Shown here: positions 28,177 through 36,594 of the stretch, piece by piece
How positions within the stretch are numbered: the first letter of the stretch is position 1
Layout: each line of letters begins with the position of its first letter
Virus record (IMG/VR): IMGVR_UViG_3300014773_000013
From: a virus
DNA: 64,000 nucleotides
Reading direction: 5' to 3' (one strand)
Translations under genes and position numbers: made by a program
The notes under the pieces: model-generated
Told to the model about the DNA's origin: nothing
Seen by the model: the letters and a program-made list of their open reading frames with translations, nothing else
The model's database searches: none

Positions 28177-28908
28177 TTAACTTCTCCGAATGTCCGTAAA
28201 CTCCGCGATCTGCGGCGCTTCCACCACAGCCTGTCTATAGGCTCGTTGCGGGTCACCATGTTCCCGCATTCTGCGCCAAAAAGCGTAGGTAAAGTCCGAC
28301 GCATCACGGTTGTCAATGTCTTCCAGTACATAAATTACCGTGACCATACCGGCTAGTGCATCCGCCACCGAAGCAGTTTGGCAAGCCGCTAAAAAGACCA
28401 CTTGTACGCCCGGCAACATATCATTCCAAAAGGCCGGCGGTGCAATGCCATCGGTTAGCATGATTCCGTCCTCGCCGGCGTGGGCAGTGACGTGCAACCA
28501 CGGATACAACGTGTTATCTTGCCGTCTGCGCCGCAACTCATTCTCTACGCTTTGTTTGGTTGCCATGTGCAGCCGTTGAAACGAGACACCTACTCTGCGT
28601 AACGCTTGTCGGTCAATCTCACATAGGCTCGTGTCAGGCCCGCAGATGAAGAGCAACGGTTTTGCCGGTATCGTATCGTTGCGGTGCTGTGGCTGTACCT
28701 GCGCTTTCTCTAACTCTCTGATGCGCGCCTTAGCCTGTTCGAGTTCGTCCAGCAACCATTTGACGCACTTCTCCAGATCGGCGACCTTGTCTTCATACTC
28801 AGATTCGCTGAATCGATGCCCCCATTTTTTTTCTGTCCAGCGCATTGTCCAAAAGACGCCAGCCACGACGACGATCACAATTAGGATGTCAGTGTTGACC
28901 AACGCCAT
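28177..28908 (-). CDS. Membrane-anchored CHAT (caspase/HetF-like, clan CD) domain protein
   Basis: TM helix, coiled coil, then WLHVTAHAG, VVFLAACQT and DNRDASDFTYAFW...AYRQA, matching the CHAT His/Cys motifs. Start MALVNTD. Confidence 0.8.
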   Translation of the reverse strand: MALVNTDILIVIVVVAGVFWTMRWTEKKWGHRFSESEYEDKVADLEKCVKWLLDELEQAKARIRELEKAQVQPQHRNDTIPAKPLLFICGPDTSLCEIDRQALRRVGVSFQRLHMATKQSVENELRRRRQDNTLYPWLHVTAHAGEDGIMLTDGIAPPAFWNDMLPGVQVVFLAACQTASVADALAGMVTVIYVLEDIDNRDASDFTYAFWRRMREHGDPQRAYRQAVVEAPQIAEFTDIRRS

Positions 28909-29257
28909 TTTTATAAGCCCGCAAATACGAATAAGCGCAAAGAACAAACCACCACAGATAATGCACCGATGTTGTGGAACGCCAGTTACCCAGTACAAAC
29001 GCCGTCCAACTCGCCAACCACAACGCCGCCATCACGGCCAACGACCACCGGCGCATGGTATAGGATTGCCGCATTACGCCGACGACACTTTGTAATCCAG
29101 CGCCGGCCATCAGCAAACCCCACACCCATTCCGGTGCAATCGTCGCCATTACTGAAAATGTCGGCGACGTTGAGAAAATTGCAAATGGCAATAATAGCCA
29201 GATCCCCCAGGTCAGCGCGGTACAACCAAGTATGAGTTCAACGATGCGCTTATCCAT
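28889..29257 (-). CDS. Multi-TM membrane protein (holin candidate)
   Basis: 122 aa with about four hydrophobic helices, next to the lysozyme gene. Confidence 0.65.
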   Translation of the reverse strand: MDKRIVELILGCTALTWGIWLLLPFAIFSTSPTFSVMATIAPEWVWGLLMAGAGLQSVVGVMRQSYTMRRWSLAVMAALWLASWTAFVLGNWRSTTSVHYLWWFVLCAYSYLRAYKNGVGQH

Positions 29258-29280
29258 TTGTCCTCTGTTTTCGCAACCCG

Positions 29281-29910
29281 TTACGAGCGACCAACCTCCA
29301 ACAGGTGCAACAAGTCGGCGGTGCGCCTAACCCAACCCCGCCCATAGCGCTCAAACTGTGTAAAGTGCGTAATGTGTGTGAGTTGCGCCGCGATAATTTT
29401 GATAGGCTCCACACCGACAAACAACAGTGAACGCGCTACGCCCATCAACACGGCAATGTCAAGCCTGATAACACAAGCCGGGTAATCGTCCAGATACGCT
29501 TTGCTTGGCAGCCAATAATCCTCGTAGTAAATCGCCTTGGCTTGTTCCACCGTCAAGTTTTTGATGTCCAAATCTGGATAACTTTTTTTGGAGATACCCA
29601 TGTTGGTCTCTCCTCCGGCGTCGAAAAAGTCATTAACATAGCCGCCTTCCCAACTCAGCGTGAACGCAATCGCCGGCTCGAATTGCTCCATTGCCACCGT
29701 GAACAATGTAGCGGTGGCGGTTTTTCTTGCGCTCCAGCCGGACACGCCGTTTGGGTGTACTAGCGGCCACCAGACAAGCCCATCTTTGCGCACCGGGTCA
29801 GCCTGCGTCAGTTCTGCCGTTGCGCCCTTGGTGGCCATGAAAAGAATGGCGCTTCCCACCCCAGGCTGCTGACGCACAAAAGTATTTTGCAGGAAGGTTA
29901 CGCTGTTCAC
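29281..29910 (-). CDS. Endolysin, GH108 lysozyme with N-terminal SH3-like domain
   Basis: EGGYVND...GGETNMGIS and YGRGWVRR motifs; N-terminal VRQQPG...DGLVWW...SGW. GTG start at 29910. Confidence 0.9.
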   Translation of the reverse strand: MNSVTFLQNTFVRQQPGVGSAILFMATKGATAELTQADPVRKDGLVWWPLVHPNGVSGWSARKTATATLFTVAMEQFEPAIAFTLSWEGGYVNDFFDAGGETNMGISKKSYPDLDIKNLTVEQAKAIYYEDYWLPSKAYLDDYPACVIRLDIAVLMGVARSLLFVGVEPIKIIAAQLTHITHFTQFERYGRGWVRRTADLLHLLEVGRS

Positions 29911-31415
29911 CGTTCCTCGACCTTGCCGCCCATCGCCTGCCATCCGCGCACCCAGGCAAGCGGATCTGTTCGGCCATTCTGCCGGTACAAATTCTGCAAG
30001 GTGTCAGGCAATGGCTTGTCTACTTGGTAGCCGCCCGAGTCCGTCATGATTCGCACTTCCCAATGGAGGTGTGGCCCGCTACTATTCCCTGTGTTGCCAC
30101 TGTAGCCAAGCAACTGGCCTTGCTTCACTCTGTCGTTTTTGCGCACGACACATTCGCTCATGTGTCCATTGAAAAAACAAACTGGCTTTTTCAGTTGTAA
30201 ATGAGACACACGGCAATAGATACCGTAGACCGACTTTTCAGTACCCGCATAGTCAGCCCATTCAACAACACCATCAGCCGCGGCAACAATAGGCGTACCG
30301 GTCGGCATGGCAATGTCCATTCCTTCGTGCGGGTAGAAAATGCCCGCATCGTTTTTGTAAAGCTGACCATAGAATCCGTTGATACGTCCAGTGTATTTTG
30401 GTACGATAATCAGCATAGGGTCACTCTCCGTGGGCGGGTCAACGGGCGGCGCCGTATACTGCGGCCAAGGATTCGGCCAGTCAAAATTATGCTTGCGCCC
30501 CAAGATATCAGCGTGCGCTTTGGCCGTGTCTTTGTTGCGCCACTCCTCGCCACCAAATGACGTGGTAAAAGGTAACACGGCGAACACTTTGCCAGGGTCC
30601 ACCTTATCCGCATAGTCCCATAACATCTGCGCATAGGTTGGGGCGGTGATGTTGCCATCCCAGCCCCACGGCTGTGGGAGCTGTGCCAACTGGCGCGTAT
30701 AGCCGCATTCCCCGATCACGAATTTGATTTTCATCGGACAGCGGCTGATACGGTTGCCATAACTGCCCCAGCCGCTCATGACCGTTGGATACCAGTATTC
30801 ATGCACGCAGCCAAACGAGCGGGTAGCATTGATGAGCGGTTCCAGGTGCAAAAACTCATCCCAGACGATGCGCCCGGCTTCCTCGCGCGACCATCCCACG
30901 GAGAAGTTGAACACGTAAGAACGCATGTTGTGCGGTTGCAGTGTCTTGAGAAAGTTTTCCGTGTAGACCGCTACCCTAGTCGCTTCGGCGGCATTATGGA
31001 TGGACGGCTCATTGATGCCCATCACGCATATGCGGCTGCGGTCGAACTCCTTATAGGTGGTGTTTAGTTGGTTGATCCAGTATTGAGCGTGGGCGATGCC
31101 CAGGCCAGCGGGGTTCGCTGCCAGCTCTGCTTGCTGTTCGCTGGGCGGGTGATAACGCAGCGCCACATGTCCATTGCTATCGACGCGGGCAAACGCTTCG
31201 GCCACACGGTCACGCGACGGGTTGACAATCTTGATGACGGGCGGACGCAATGCCGCCATGTATTCAAGGTCGGATTGCCGGTATAAGTCGGCGATCCAGT
31301 GGCAACCCAGCCTGTGATTTGGCAAGCCAGTGACAACCGGTTGCTGCGCTTCGAGGAATGGTATCATTCTCGCCTGCCAAGATTCCAGTCGGTCGAGTGT
31401 CGCATTGTTAGGCAT
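29907..31415 (-). CDS. Glycoside-hydrolase-like domain fused to M23 peptidase
   Basis: GINEP, VHEY and IGECG (clan GH-A-like), Pro linker, then HEGMD and GNTGNSSGPHLHWE (M23). Start MPNNATL. Confidence 0.85.
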   Translation of the reverse strand: MPNNATLDRLESWQARMIPFLEAQQPVVTGLPNHRLGCHWIADLYRQSDLEYMAALRPPVIKIVNPSRDRVAEAFARVDSNGHVALRYHPPSEQQAELAANPAGLGIAHAQYWINQLNTTYKEFDRSRICVMGINEPSIHNAAEATRVAVYTENFLKTLQPHNMRSYVFNFSVGWSREEAGRIVWDEFLHLEPLINATRSFGCVHEYWYPTVMSGWGSYGNRISRCPMKIKFVIGECGYTRQLAQLPQPWGWDGNITAPTYAQMLWDYADKVDPGKVFAVLPFTTSFGGEEWRNKDTAKAHADILGRKHNFDWPNPWPQYTAPPVDPPTESDPMLIIVPKYTGRINGFYGQLYKNDAGIFYPHEGMDIAMPTGTPIVAAADGVVEWADYAGTEKSVYGIYCRVSHLQLKKPVCFFNGHMSECVVRKNDRVKQGQLLGYSGNTGNSSGPHLHWEVRIMTDSGGYQVDKPLPDTLQNLYRQNGRTDPLAWVRGWQAMGGKVEER

Positions 31416-31950
31416 ATTGCGGAGCGCCTTTCCAAAAGGCGGACGTTGCCCGCGCCCACGCTTCAAGCTTGGCGATTCGCTCATCTTCCTGCGGGTCAGT
31501 CGGCGGATCAATGACGGCGCCCTTTTCGCGAAAGGTAACCTCATAGCCAACATGTCGGTTGAATGGCAAACCAAGCCCATACACAATATCGGAGATGGGC
31601 GCATTGAACCCGCCAACGTGCAAGGCAAGCGGCCCCTGGTTGGGCGGGTTGTATGGATTTATGATAACATGAACGTTATTGGGATTCCCCGGCAATCCAC
31701 TATTTTCAAACATCGGCCCCTTGCCAGGCCATGCAAGCCGCGCCTGAATGCCGGTCACAATGCCATTTCTGTCCACCACGCTGCAAACTGCAACGGTTTG
31801 TCCACCTGCTTCGTACTCGTCGCGTAGACGAGCGCTGTACACCTCGTACTTAGCCCCTTCGACCTTTGTTATACCCAACAGAACGCCAGTCACTTTGCCG
31901 CTTGCGTCTGTCCTAAATCCTTGGCAGTTTTCGTCTAACGGATTCGCCAT
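31408..31950 (-). CDS. Hypothetical protein in the lysis cassette
   Basis: 180 aa with RBS GGAG, SDIVYGLGLPFNRHV motif and a Pro linker like that of the neighbouring lysin. Confidence 0.75.
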   Translation of the reverse strand: MANPLDENCQGFRTDASGKVTGVLLGITKVEGAKYEVYSARLRDEYEAGGQTVAVCSVVDRNGIVTGIQARLAWPGKGPMFENSGLPGNPNNVHVIINPYNPPNQGPLALHVGGFNAPISDIVYGLGLPFNRHVGYEVTFREKGAVIDPPTDPQEDERIAKLEAWARATSAFWKGAPQYA

Positions 31951-31966
31951 TTGTATCGCTCCACTC

Positions 31967-31995
31967 TTGTAAAACAGTCAAAAATCTGGTATAAT
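31967..31995 (+). promoter_or_regulatory. Sigma70-type promoter for the HNH-like gene
   Basis: TTGTAA-17-TATAAT with extended -10 TG. Confidence 0.7.
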
Positions 31996-32001
31996 ACTTG
32001 T

Positions 32002-32119
32002 GCCAAACCATGCTGTTAGTTGCGTCCAGAGGTCGTTTCTGGTATAGTGTTTTCTTGCCCATCTTTTAGCTAATGCATGGTTTGGCGACCTCAGCAACTA
32101 GTTAAACGATGGGCTTTTT
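32002..32119 (+). promoter_or_regulatory. Structured leader with alternative pairings and a terminator-like end
   Basis: Complementary pairs 32002-13/32075-86, 32017-23/32094-100, 32029-35/32086-92 and 32057-63/32108-14, followed by T5. Confidence 0.6.
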
Positions 32120-32125
32120 GTTTCC

Positions 32126-32749
32126 ATGAAAGCAGGTCGCCAAATGATATTGACAAAGCGTTGTACCCGATGCAATAAGACCAGACCACTTACCGATTTC
32201 CGTGTTGACAATTCCCGAAAAGACGGTAGACAATCGGTTTGTATTGAATGCAAAGTCCCAGAGCATTACACAAAAATAAAAGAGCAACAATCACTTGATC
32301 ATGTCAATAAAAAACGTTGCGCAAAGTGCAAAAAGATATACGACAAAATCAATTTCTCTTCATCCGCCGATGGACGGGACAACTTAAGATCCTATTGCAA
32401 AAACTGCGAAACAGATTACAGGAAAAGCGCGGTGCGCAAAGAATCCAGTAAAAAATATGTCCGAAGCGAGAAAGGTAGAAAAAACGCCAGACGATACTAC
32501 GAAAGAGCTGCCCAAGATGGTCGCATGAAACATATTCTTGAACGAAGATACGCAACAGATCCGATTGCTATTCGCGCACACCGAAAGGTGAGTTACGCCG
32601 TCAGAATGAAGCACATCCCACCGGCGAAAAACCTTATCTGCAAACATTGCGGAAAACAAGCTCAACAGTATCACCACCCCGACTATAGTAAGCCACTCGA
32701 TATAATCCCACTTTGCAAGCTGTGCCACGAAGCCGTTCACCACGAATGA
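32126..32749 (+). CDS. Zn-finger HNH-like homing endonuclease
   Basis: Two KRC..C...F...R.C..C repeats, then CKHCG...YHHPDYSKPLDIIPLCKLCH. AT-rich and antisense to the operon. Confidence 0.8.
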   Translation: MKAGRQMILTKRCTRCNKTRPLTDFRVDNSRKDGRQSVCIECKVPEHYTKIKEQQSLDHVNKKRCAKCKKIYDKINFSSSADGRDNLRSYCKNCETDYRKSAVRKESSKKYVRSEKGRKNARRYYERAAQDGRMKHILERRYATDPIAIRAHRKVSYAVRMKHIPPAKNLICKHCGKQAQQYHHPDYSKPLDIIPLCKLCHEAVHHE

Positions 32750-32774
32750 TGACTACCATTCAGTCTGTGCAGTA

Positions 32775-32954
32775 TTACACGGACTGAATGTCCCGCGCCC
32801 ACTGCGGAACACTACCCAATGCCTGCGATGGTTCCCATGAGCCGTCACGCGTCGTGAACACATCCTTGACGCGCAGCACAGGCTGCCCCACGGCGACAGT
32901 GGCCGGTTGAATGATGACGTTTAGCTGTTTCGCCCAATCGCTGATACGTGCCAT
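32775..32954 (-). pseudogene. Probably truncated first gene of the late operon
   Basis: MARISDWAKQ...KDVFTTRDGSWEP...SVPQWARD ends inside a hairpin (32757-32790) at the edge of the HNH insert. Confidence 0.5.
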
Positions 32955-32970
32955 GATTGTCCTGTCTTGT

Positions 32971-33009
32971 AACAAAAAACGCCACGCACCGGCTTGCGAT
33001 GACGTGGCG
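32971..33009 (-). terminator. Terminator-like hairpin in the late leader
   Basis: CGCCACG...CGTGGCG stem followed by T6 on the minus strand. Confidence 0.55.
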
Positions 33010-33026
33010 AAGTGAGCGCTACAACG

Positions 33027-33055
33027 AGCATAGCATATTTTATCGTTTTGCGCAA
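33027..33055 (-). promoter_or_regulatory. Candidate late promoter
   Basis: TTGCGC-17-TATGCT with extended TG. Confidence 0.5.
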
Positions 33056-33105
33056 TAGGGGATTTCGTTATGCGATATTTCTATCTTCTGGGGATAGTTG
33101 CGGGC

Positions 33106-33142
33106 AAAAGAAAACCCGCGCACCGGTTGGTGGCGGGCTTTC
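33106..33142 (-). terminator. Terminator of the small-gene operon
   Basis: CCCGC..CACC/GGTG..GCGGG stem followed by TTTTCTTTT on the minus strand. Confidence 0.6.
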
Positions 33143-33152
33143 TGTGAGGTGG

Positions 33153-33374
33153 CTAGCGCCGCATCTGCCAGGGTCGGCCATCGCGGATAACCTCCCCTGT
33201 TTCGGAGTCGGTTTCGATCAGGTATATGCCTGACCCGCCGACCACCTGCTCCACTTTCACGATTCTGCCATTGACTTCCTCGTACCAGTGGCCTGAGGCG
33301 TCAGCGCCATCACGAAAATCGGACGACTCTGGATACACGGCTGTTGCATTTAACTGCTGAAGTTTCTCGTTCAT
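33153..33374 (-). CDS. Hypothetical protein
   Basis: Strong RBS GAAGGA. Confidence 0.7.
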   Translation of the reverse strand: MNEKLQQLNATAVYPESSDFRDGADASGHWYEEVNGRIVKVEQVVGGSGIYLIETDSETGEVIRDGRPWQMRR

Positions 33375-33412
33375 GGTTCATTCCTTCCCCGGCTCGTGGC
33401 CGGACTTAACTG

Positions 33413-33664
33413 CTACGACGAGGCGACTGCCTGCTTGATTGCCTGTAGCGCCTGTTCGCGCCAGGCGTCGCCAACTACGCCTTCGCCAGGATAGTACTGG
33501 CGCTCCACACCGGCAGTCATAAACTTTACTGCCTCGGCGGTTGGCACGTCAACCCGCCCGCTAGGAGACGGCTCACCAACCGTCTCCCGAAAAAACTTGT
33601 GCAGGTCAGTCCCGCTACAGTAGCCGTAATCCTCACGGATGTCGTACAATTTTTGCGCTTTCAT
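33413..33664 (-). CDS. Hypothetical protein
   Basis: Start MKAQKLY with RBS; flanked by 23-bp direct repeats. Confidence 0.7.
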   Translation of the reverse strand: MKAQKLYDIREDYGYCSGTDLHKFFRETVGEPSPSGRVDVPTAEAVKFMTAGVERQYYPGEGVVGDAWREQALQAIKQAVASS

Positions 33665-33665
33665 G

Positions 33666-33953
33666 TTACTCTTCCTTCCCCGGCTCGTAGCCGGTAATTT
33701 GCAGCGCCTCGGCCAGTAACTGGTTGACGCTGGCGCTGCGACTTTTTTCGTGTTCGCTGGCGTAGGCATCAACCGCCGCCAGGATGATAGGTTCAAAGAA
33801 GATGTGTGTCTGGCGCCGGCGCTCATCTGCCGGCAGTGGCTTGCGCCCGCCGCCTTTGGCGCGTCTACGCTTGGGTGGCTGTGCCTCGCCAAACTCTAGC
33901 GGCTCGGCGGCCATAGTGGCGAAAGCCGCGTCGTACAACTGTTCCTCGGTCAT
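33666..33953 (-). CDS. Ribbon-helix-helix-like DNA-binding protein
   Basis: GGGRKPL..RRRQTHIFF..LAAVDAYA..SRSASVNQLLAEAL. Confidence 0.7.
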   Translation of the reverse strand: MTEEQLYDAAFATMAAEPLEFGEAQPPKRRRAKGGGRKPLPADERRRQTHIFFEPIILAAVDAYASEHEKSRSASVNQLLAEALQITGYEPGKEE

Positions 33954-33998
33954 GCGCTCCTAGTTGCGGTTTCACCGCCCACCGCAAAGGATCGATGA

Positions 33999-34217
33999 TT
34001 ATTGCTCTTGACGATATTCTTTGACCTGATCAACATACTTACGAGCCTCGGCAATCGACTTGCCCATGAAGTGGTGGTCACTGCGACCAAACTTCTTGTA
34101 GTGCCAACCATTCTCACCAGTGTCGACCGCGAACCCTTTGAAAATCGTCATGGCATTCACGTCCCCGTCTTCGTACACTTCTTTGAGCATATTCTTAATT
34201 GTCATCATAGCGTTCAC
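33999..34217 (-). CDS. Hypothetical protein
   Basis: RBS AAGGGAAG. Confidence 0.65.
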   Translation of the reverse strand: MNAMMTIKNMLKEVYEDGDVNAMTIFKGFAVDTGENGWHYKKFGRSDHHFMGKSIAEARKYVDQVKEYRQEQ

Positions 34218-34307
34218 ATTCTTCCCTTTCGTTCATCCACGCCCACCCGTTGGGGTGCCACCGTCTCTACGGTGGTGAGGCCGGGGGTTGGCCTCCGCAC
34301 GACTGGA

Positions 34308-34538
34308 TTAAGAAACACCAATTAGAGCCTTCACTTCGTCGGTCGCATCGAGCACGAATTTTTCAATCTGCTTGATGTTTCCGAAGTAAGCCGGGTCGAC
34401 CGGAACGACCCAAGTTTTCTTGCTTTCAATCCATTTTGCGCCAGGAAGTACCTTGACCCGCTTAACTAGCTCAGCGTTGTATTCGCTTTTGAAAGTGAAA
34501 TACTGTTTTCCGTTGGCGGTTGTTACTAGGCTAATCAT
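34308..34538 (-). CDS. Small HARP-like domain protein
   Basis: FKSEYNAELVKRVKVLPGAKWIESKKTWVVP resembles HARP-type motifs. Confidence 0.65.
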   Translation of the reverse strand: MISLVTTANGKQYFTFKSEYNAELVKRVKVLPGAKWIESKKTWVVPVDPAYFGNIKQIEKFVLDATDEVKALIGVS

Positions 34539-34592
34539 CGTTCTTTCCTTCCTGTTTCATCTGGGCTACTTCGTTTCGCCCTTCATGCCTTA

Positions 34593-34621
34593 ATTATAGC
34601 ACCCTATTAATAAGCTGTCAA
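34593..34621 (-). promoter_or_regulatory. Consensus sigma70 promoter
   Basis: TTGACA-17-TATAAT with extended TG. Confidence 0.9.
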
Positions 34622-34734
34622 TAGGCAATTTAGCGAATTTCATAGCAATTTTGTTCTAAACTGGCGTCTCGCCTTACGGCGTGCGTAAGGCGAGTAGAAG
34701 CCGGCGAGGGTGCCGGCTGTGTGGGGCTATGTTG

Positions 34735-35010
34735 TCAGGGGAAATCGCCTCTCGTCGTGACTCGCACTTTTTGCAAATCCTCTAGAGCGACCGGCTGTAT
34801 GAAATATTTAGCGCCCCAGCCCTCGCTGGCTGGCCAGCGCTGCATGGCGATCTGATTCGCCATATAGTATATTTCGTCTGTGTCGCCGGCTGCAATGAGA
34901 AAAATGTTACCGAACGTTTCAACGCTTACGCCGCCTGGTATAAGTGTTGCGCGTGTCGCGTCGATGAAAACAACGTAGATACGGTCAGTCATGTTGCGCT
35001 TCTTCCTCAA
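34735..35010 (-). CDS. Hypothetical protein
   Basis: Coupled ORF; likely start MTDRIY. Confidence 0.6.
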   Translation of the reverse strand: MRKKRNMTDRIYVVFIDATRATLIPGGVSVETFGNIFLIAAGDTDEIYYMANQIAMQRWPASEGWGAKYFIQPVALEDLQKVRVTTRGDFP

Positions 35011-35242
35011 TCACCGACAGCATTGGATCGCTAATTGTTTTTTGTAGTTCGACGCTAGCCTGCAAGTTGGGGGTGTTGAGTAGCACGGAATGAATGCGGA
35101 CCAAAACATCGCTCAATGCCGGCATGACTTCGTCAAAAACAAACGTGTAGCGCCGGTTGTCTTCGCGCAGCAACTGCGCAAGGGCAACCAGGTTGCCGAC
35201 GTCCGTTGCATTGTCAACTTCGATCTGTAGCGTTATTTTCAT
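34985..35242 (-). CDS. Hypothetical protein whose ATG abuts the IscB element end
   Basis: 85 aa; RBS GAAGGAG is provided by the element. Confidence 0.7.
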   Translation of the reverse strand: MKITLQIEVDNATDVGNLVALAQLLREDNRRYTFVFDEVMPALSDVLVRIHSVLLNTPNLQASVELQKTISDPMLSVIEEEAQHD

Positions 35243-35319
35243 CTAAACTCCTTCGGGAAACCCCTGGTTTTAACTATGGGGATGTAAGAAGGCTGTTTGT
35301 ACTCAAACAGGATGTACGC

Positions 35320-36588
35320 TCAATTGGCGTAACTATACCCGTCAAGCGCGTGCAGCCGTTGACAATATTTCCAACTAATGCCATCTGTCTTGCCAACTCG
35401 AAAACTTCCAGTGGCCCGAACGGCGACGGCTCCAATATGCGTTCCCACATATTTTCCACTTGGTAAAACTGCCTTGACAATATCACCCGTTTGGAAACCT
35501 CCCTTGACAACGCGGCTTTGCTTGCTTGCCGTGCGCGGAAACCCAAACTTGTTCGGTCTACACATTTGGCGAGACTGCCGACCAACCGCTTTGATCCGCA
35601 AGGGCTTTTGTTCTGGGCAAAGCTTGACGGCTTGCCCAGACTCGCCCACACACGCGGCGTCTATCCAGTGCGCTTTTGGGTAGTTCTGGGCGGGTGCCCG
35701 CTGGGCGCGGTTGAATTTTGTTCGCCCACCTGTACCTACTTCGACGGGCAAGCCGCTTGCATCAAACATTCGCCAGATTGCCCAGCGAACGCTATTGACA
35801 GCGCCGGCATCCTTCAACGGCTTTTTGGCGTGTGCCTGAATGTTGGGAAATCCAAACTCGGTTGCCGTTTGATTGCCCTTGCTGACATTGCAGGAGCGGC
35901 AAGCCAAGCATAGGTTAGATACTCGATTAGATCCGCCGCGGCTCTTTGGGGTGATGTGTTCGATCTCAAGTGGAATATCGCTCTTGCCGCAATAACAGCA
36001 CTTGCGGTTGAATTTCTCCAACAGATATTCCCGTACTTCATACCCTGCCAATTCCCCTTGTTGATATTCAACACCGCTTATTTCCGCATCCTGCATAAGC
36101 TGCATATCGAATCTGACAAGCTCCATGCTGATTGATCGAACATTGCAAAGCTTGAGAAAGCGCACAAGCCAAGTTTGCAAGTTGTCTACCCTACTTTTCA
36201 GCGAAGGAGCAAGCCAGCCCTTTTTCTTAGTCCGATTGAGAAAACGCGGTTGACGGTAGCGCGTCTTGCGTTGTCGCCTGCCGCGCCGTATTGCCCTACG
36301 ACTTTCCAGAGCGTCTTTGATGGCTTGCCCGCGGTGCTCTACTTCAGCCGCAAAGACAACCTTATTTGACTGGATCAAGGCAATGCCGGTTGTCTTACTG
36401 CCAGGGTCAACCTTGACCGTGATTGGCTCTACAATGGGCTTATCGACGGCGCGCTTTAGAATGATCGTGAACGGAAAGCGCCGATAAACAGCGGCTTTTC
36501 TATCCCGCAATAACTTGCGCGCTACTGATGGATGACAAGGGCTTATCGGTTGTTTGTTGGCATCCAAAACGAAAACAAAATTTTGCAT
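35320..36588 (-). CDS. iscB: RNA-guided endonuclease IscB (422 aa)
   Basis: PLMP-like PISPCHP, RuvC-I VDPGSKTTG, Arg-rich bridge helix, RuvC-II MELVRFD, HNH CCYCG..EHITPKSRGGSNRVSNL..C..CN, RuvC-III HWIDAAC. Start MQNFVFVLD. Confidence 0.97.
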   Translation of the reverse strand: MQNFVFVLDANKQPISPCHPSVARKLLRDRKAAVYRRFPFTIILKRAVDKPIVEPITVKVDPGSKTTGIALIQSNKVVFAAEVEHRGQAIKDALESRRAIRRGRRQRKTRYRQPRFLNRTKKKGWLAPSLKSRVDNLQTWLVRFLKLCNVRSISMELVRFDMQLMQDAEISGVEYQQGELAGYEVREYLLEKFNRKCCYCGKSDIPLEIEHITPKSRGGSNRVSNLCLACRSCNVSKGNQTATEFGFPNIQAHAKKPLKDAGAVNSVRWAIWRMFDASGLPVEVGTGGRTKFNRAQRAPAQNYPKAHWIDAACVGESGQAVKLCPEQKPLRIKAVGRQSRQMCRPNKFGFPRTASKQSRVVKGGFQTGDIVKAVLPSGKYVGTHIGAVAVRATGSFRVGKTDGISWKYCQRLHALDGYSYAN

Positions 36589-36594
36589 TCCTGC

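Noticed and set aside
1650..31827. Many plus-strand ORFs of 60-230 aa in the late region
   Set aside because: They are antisense shadows of long minus-strand genes and lack motifs. Only 10003-10227 was kept.
33660..33680. Second target for the IscB guide (GAAGAGTAAC|ATGAA)
   Set aside because: It has the TAM but only four TAM-proximal bases match the predicted guide.
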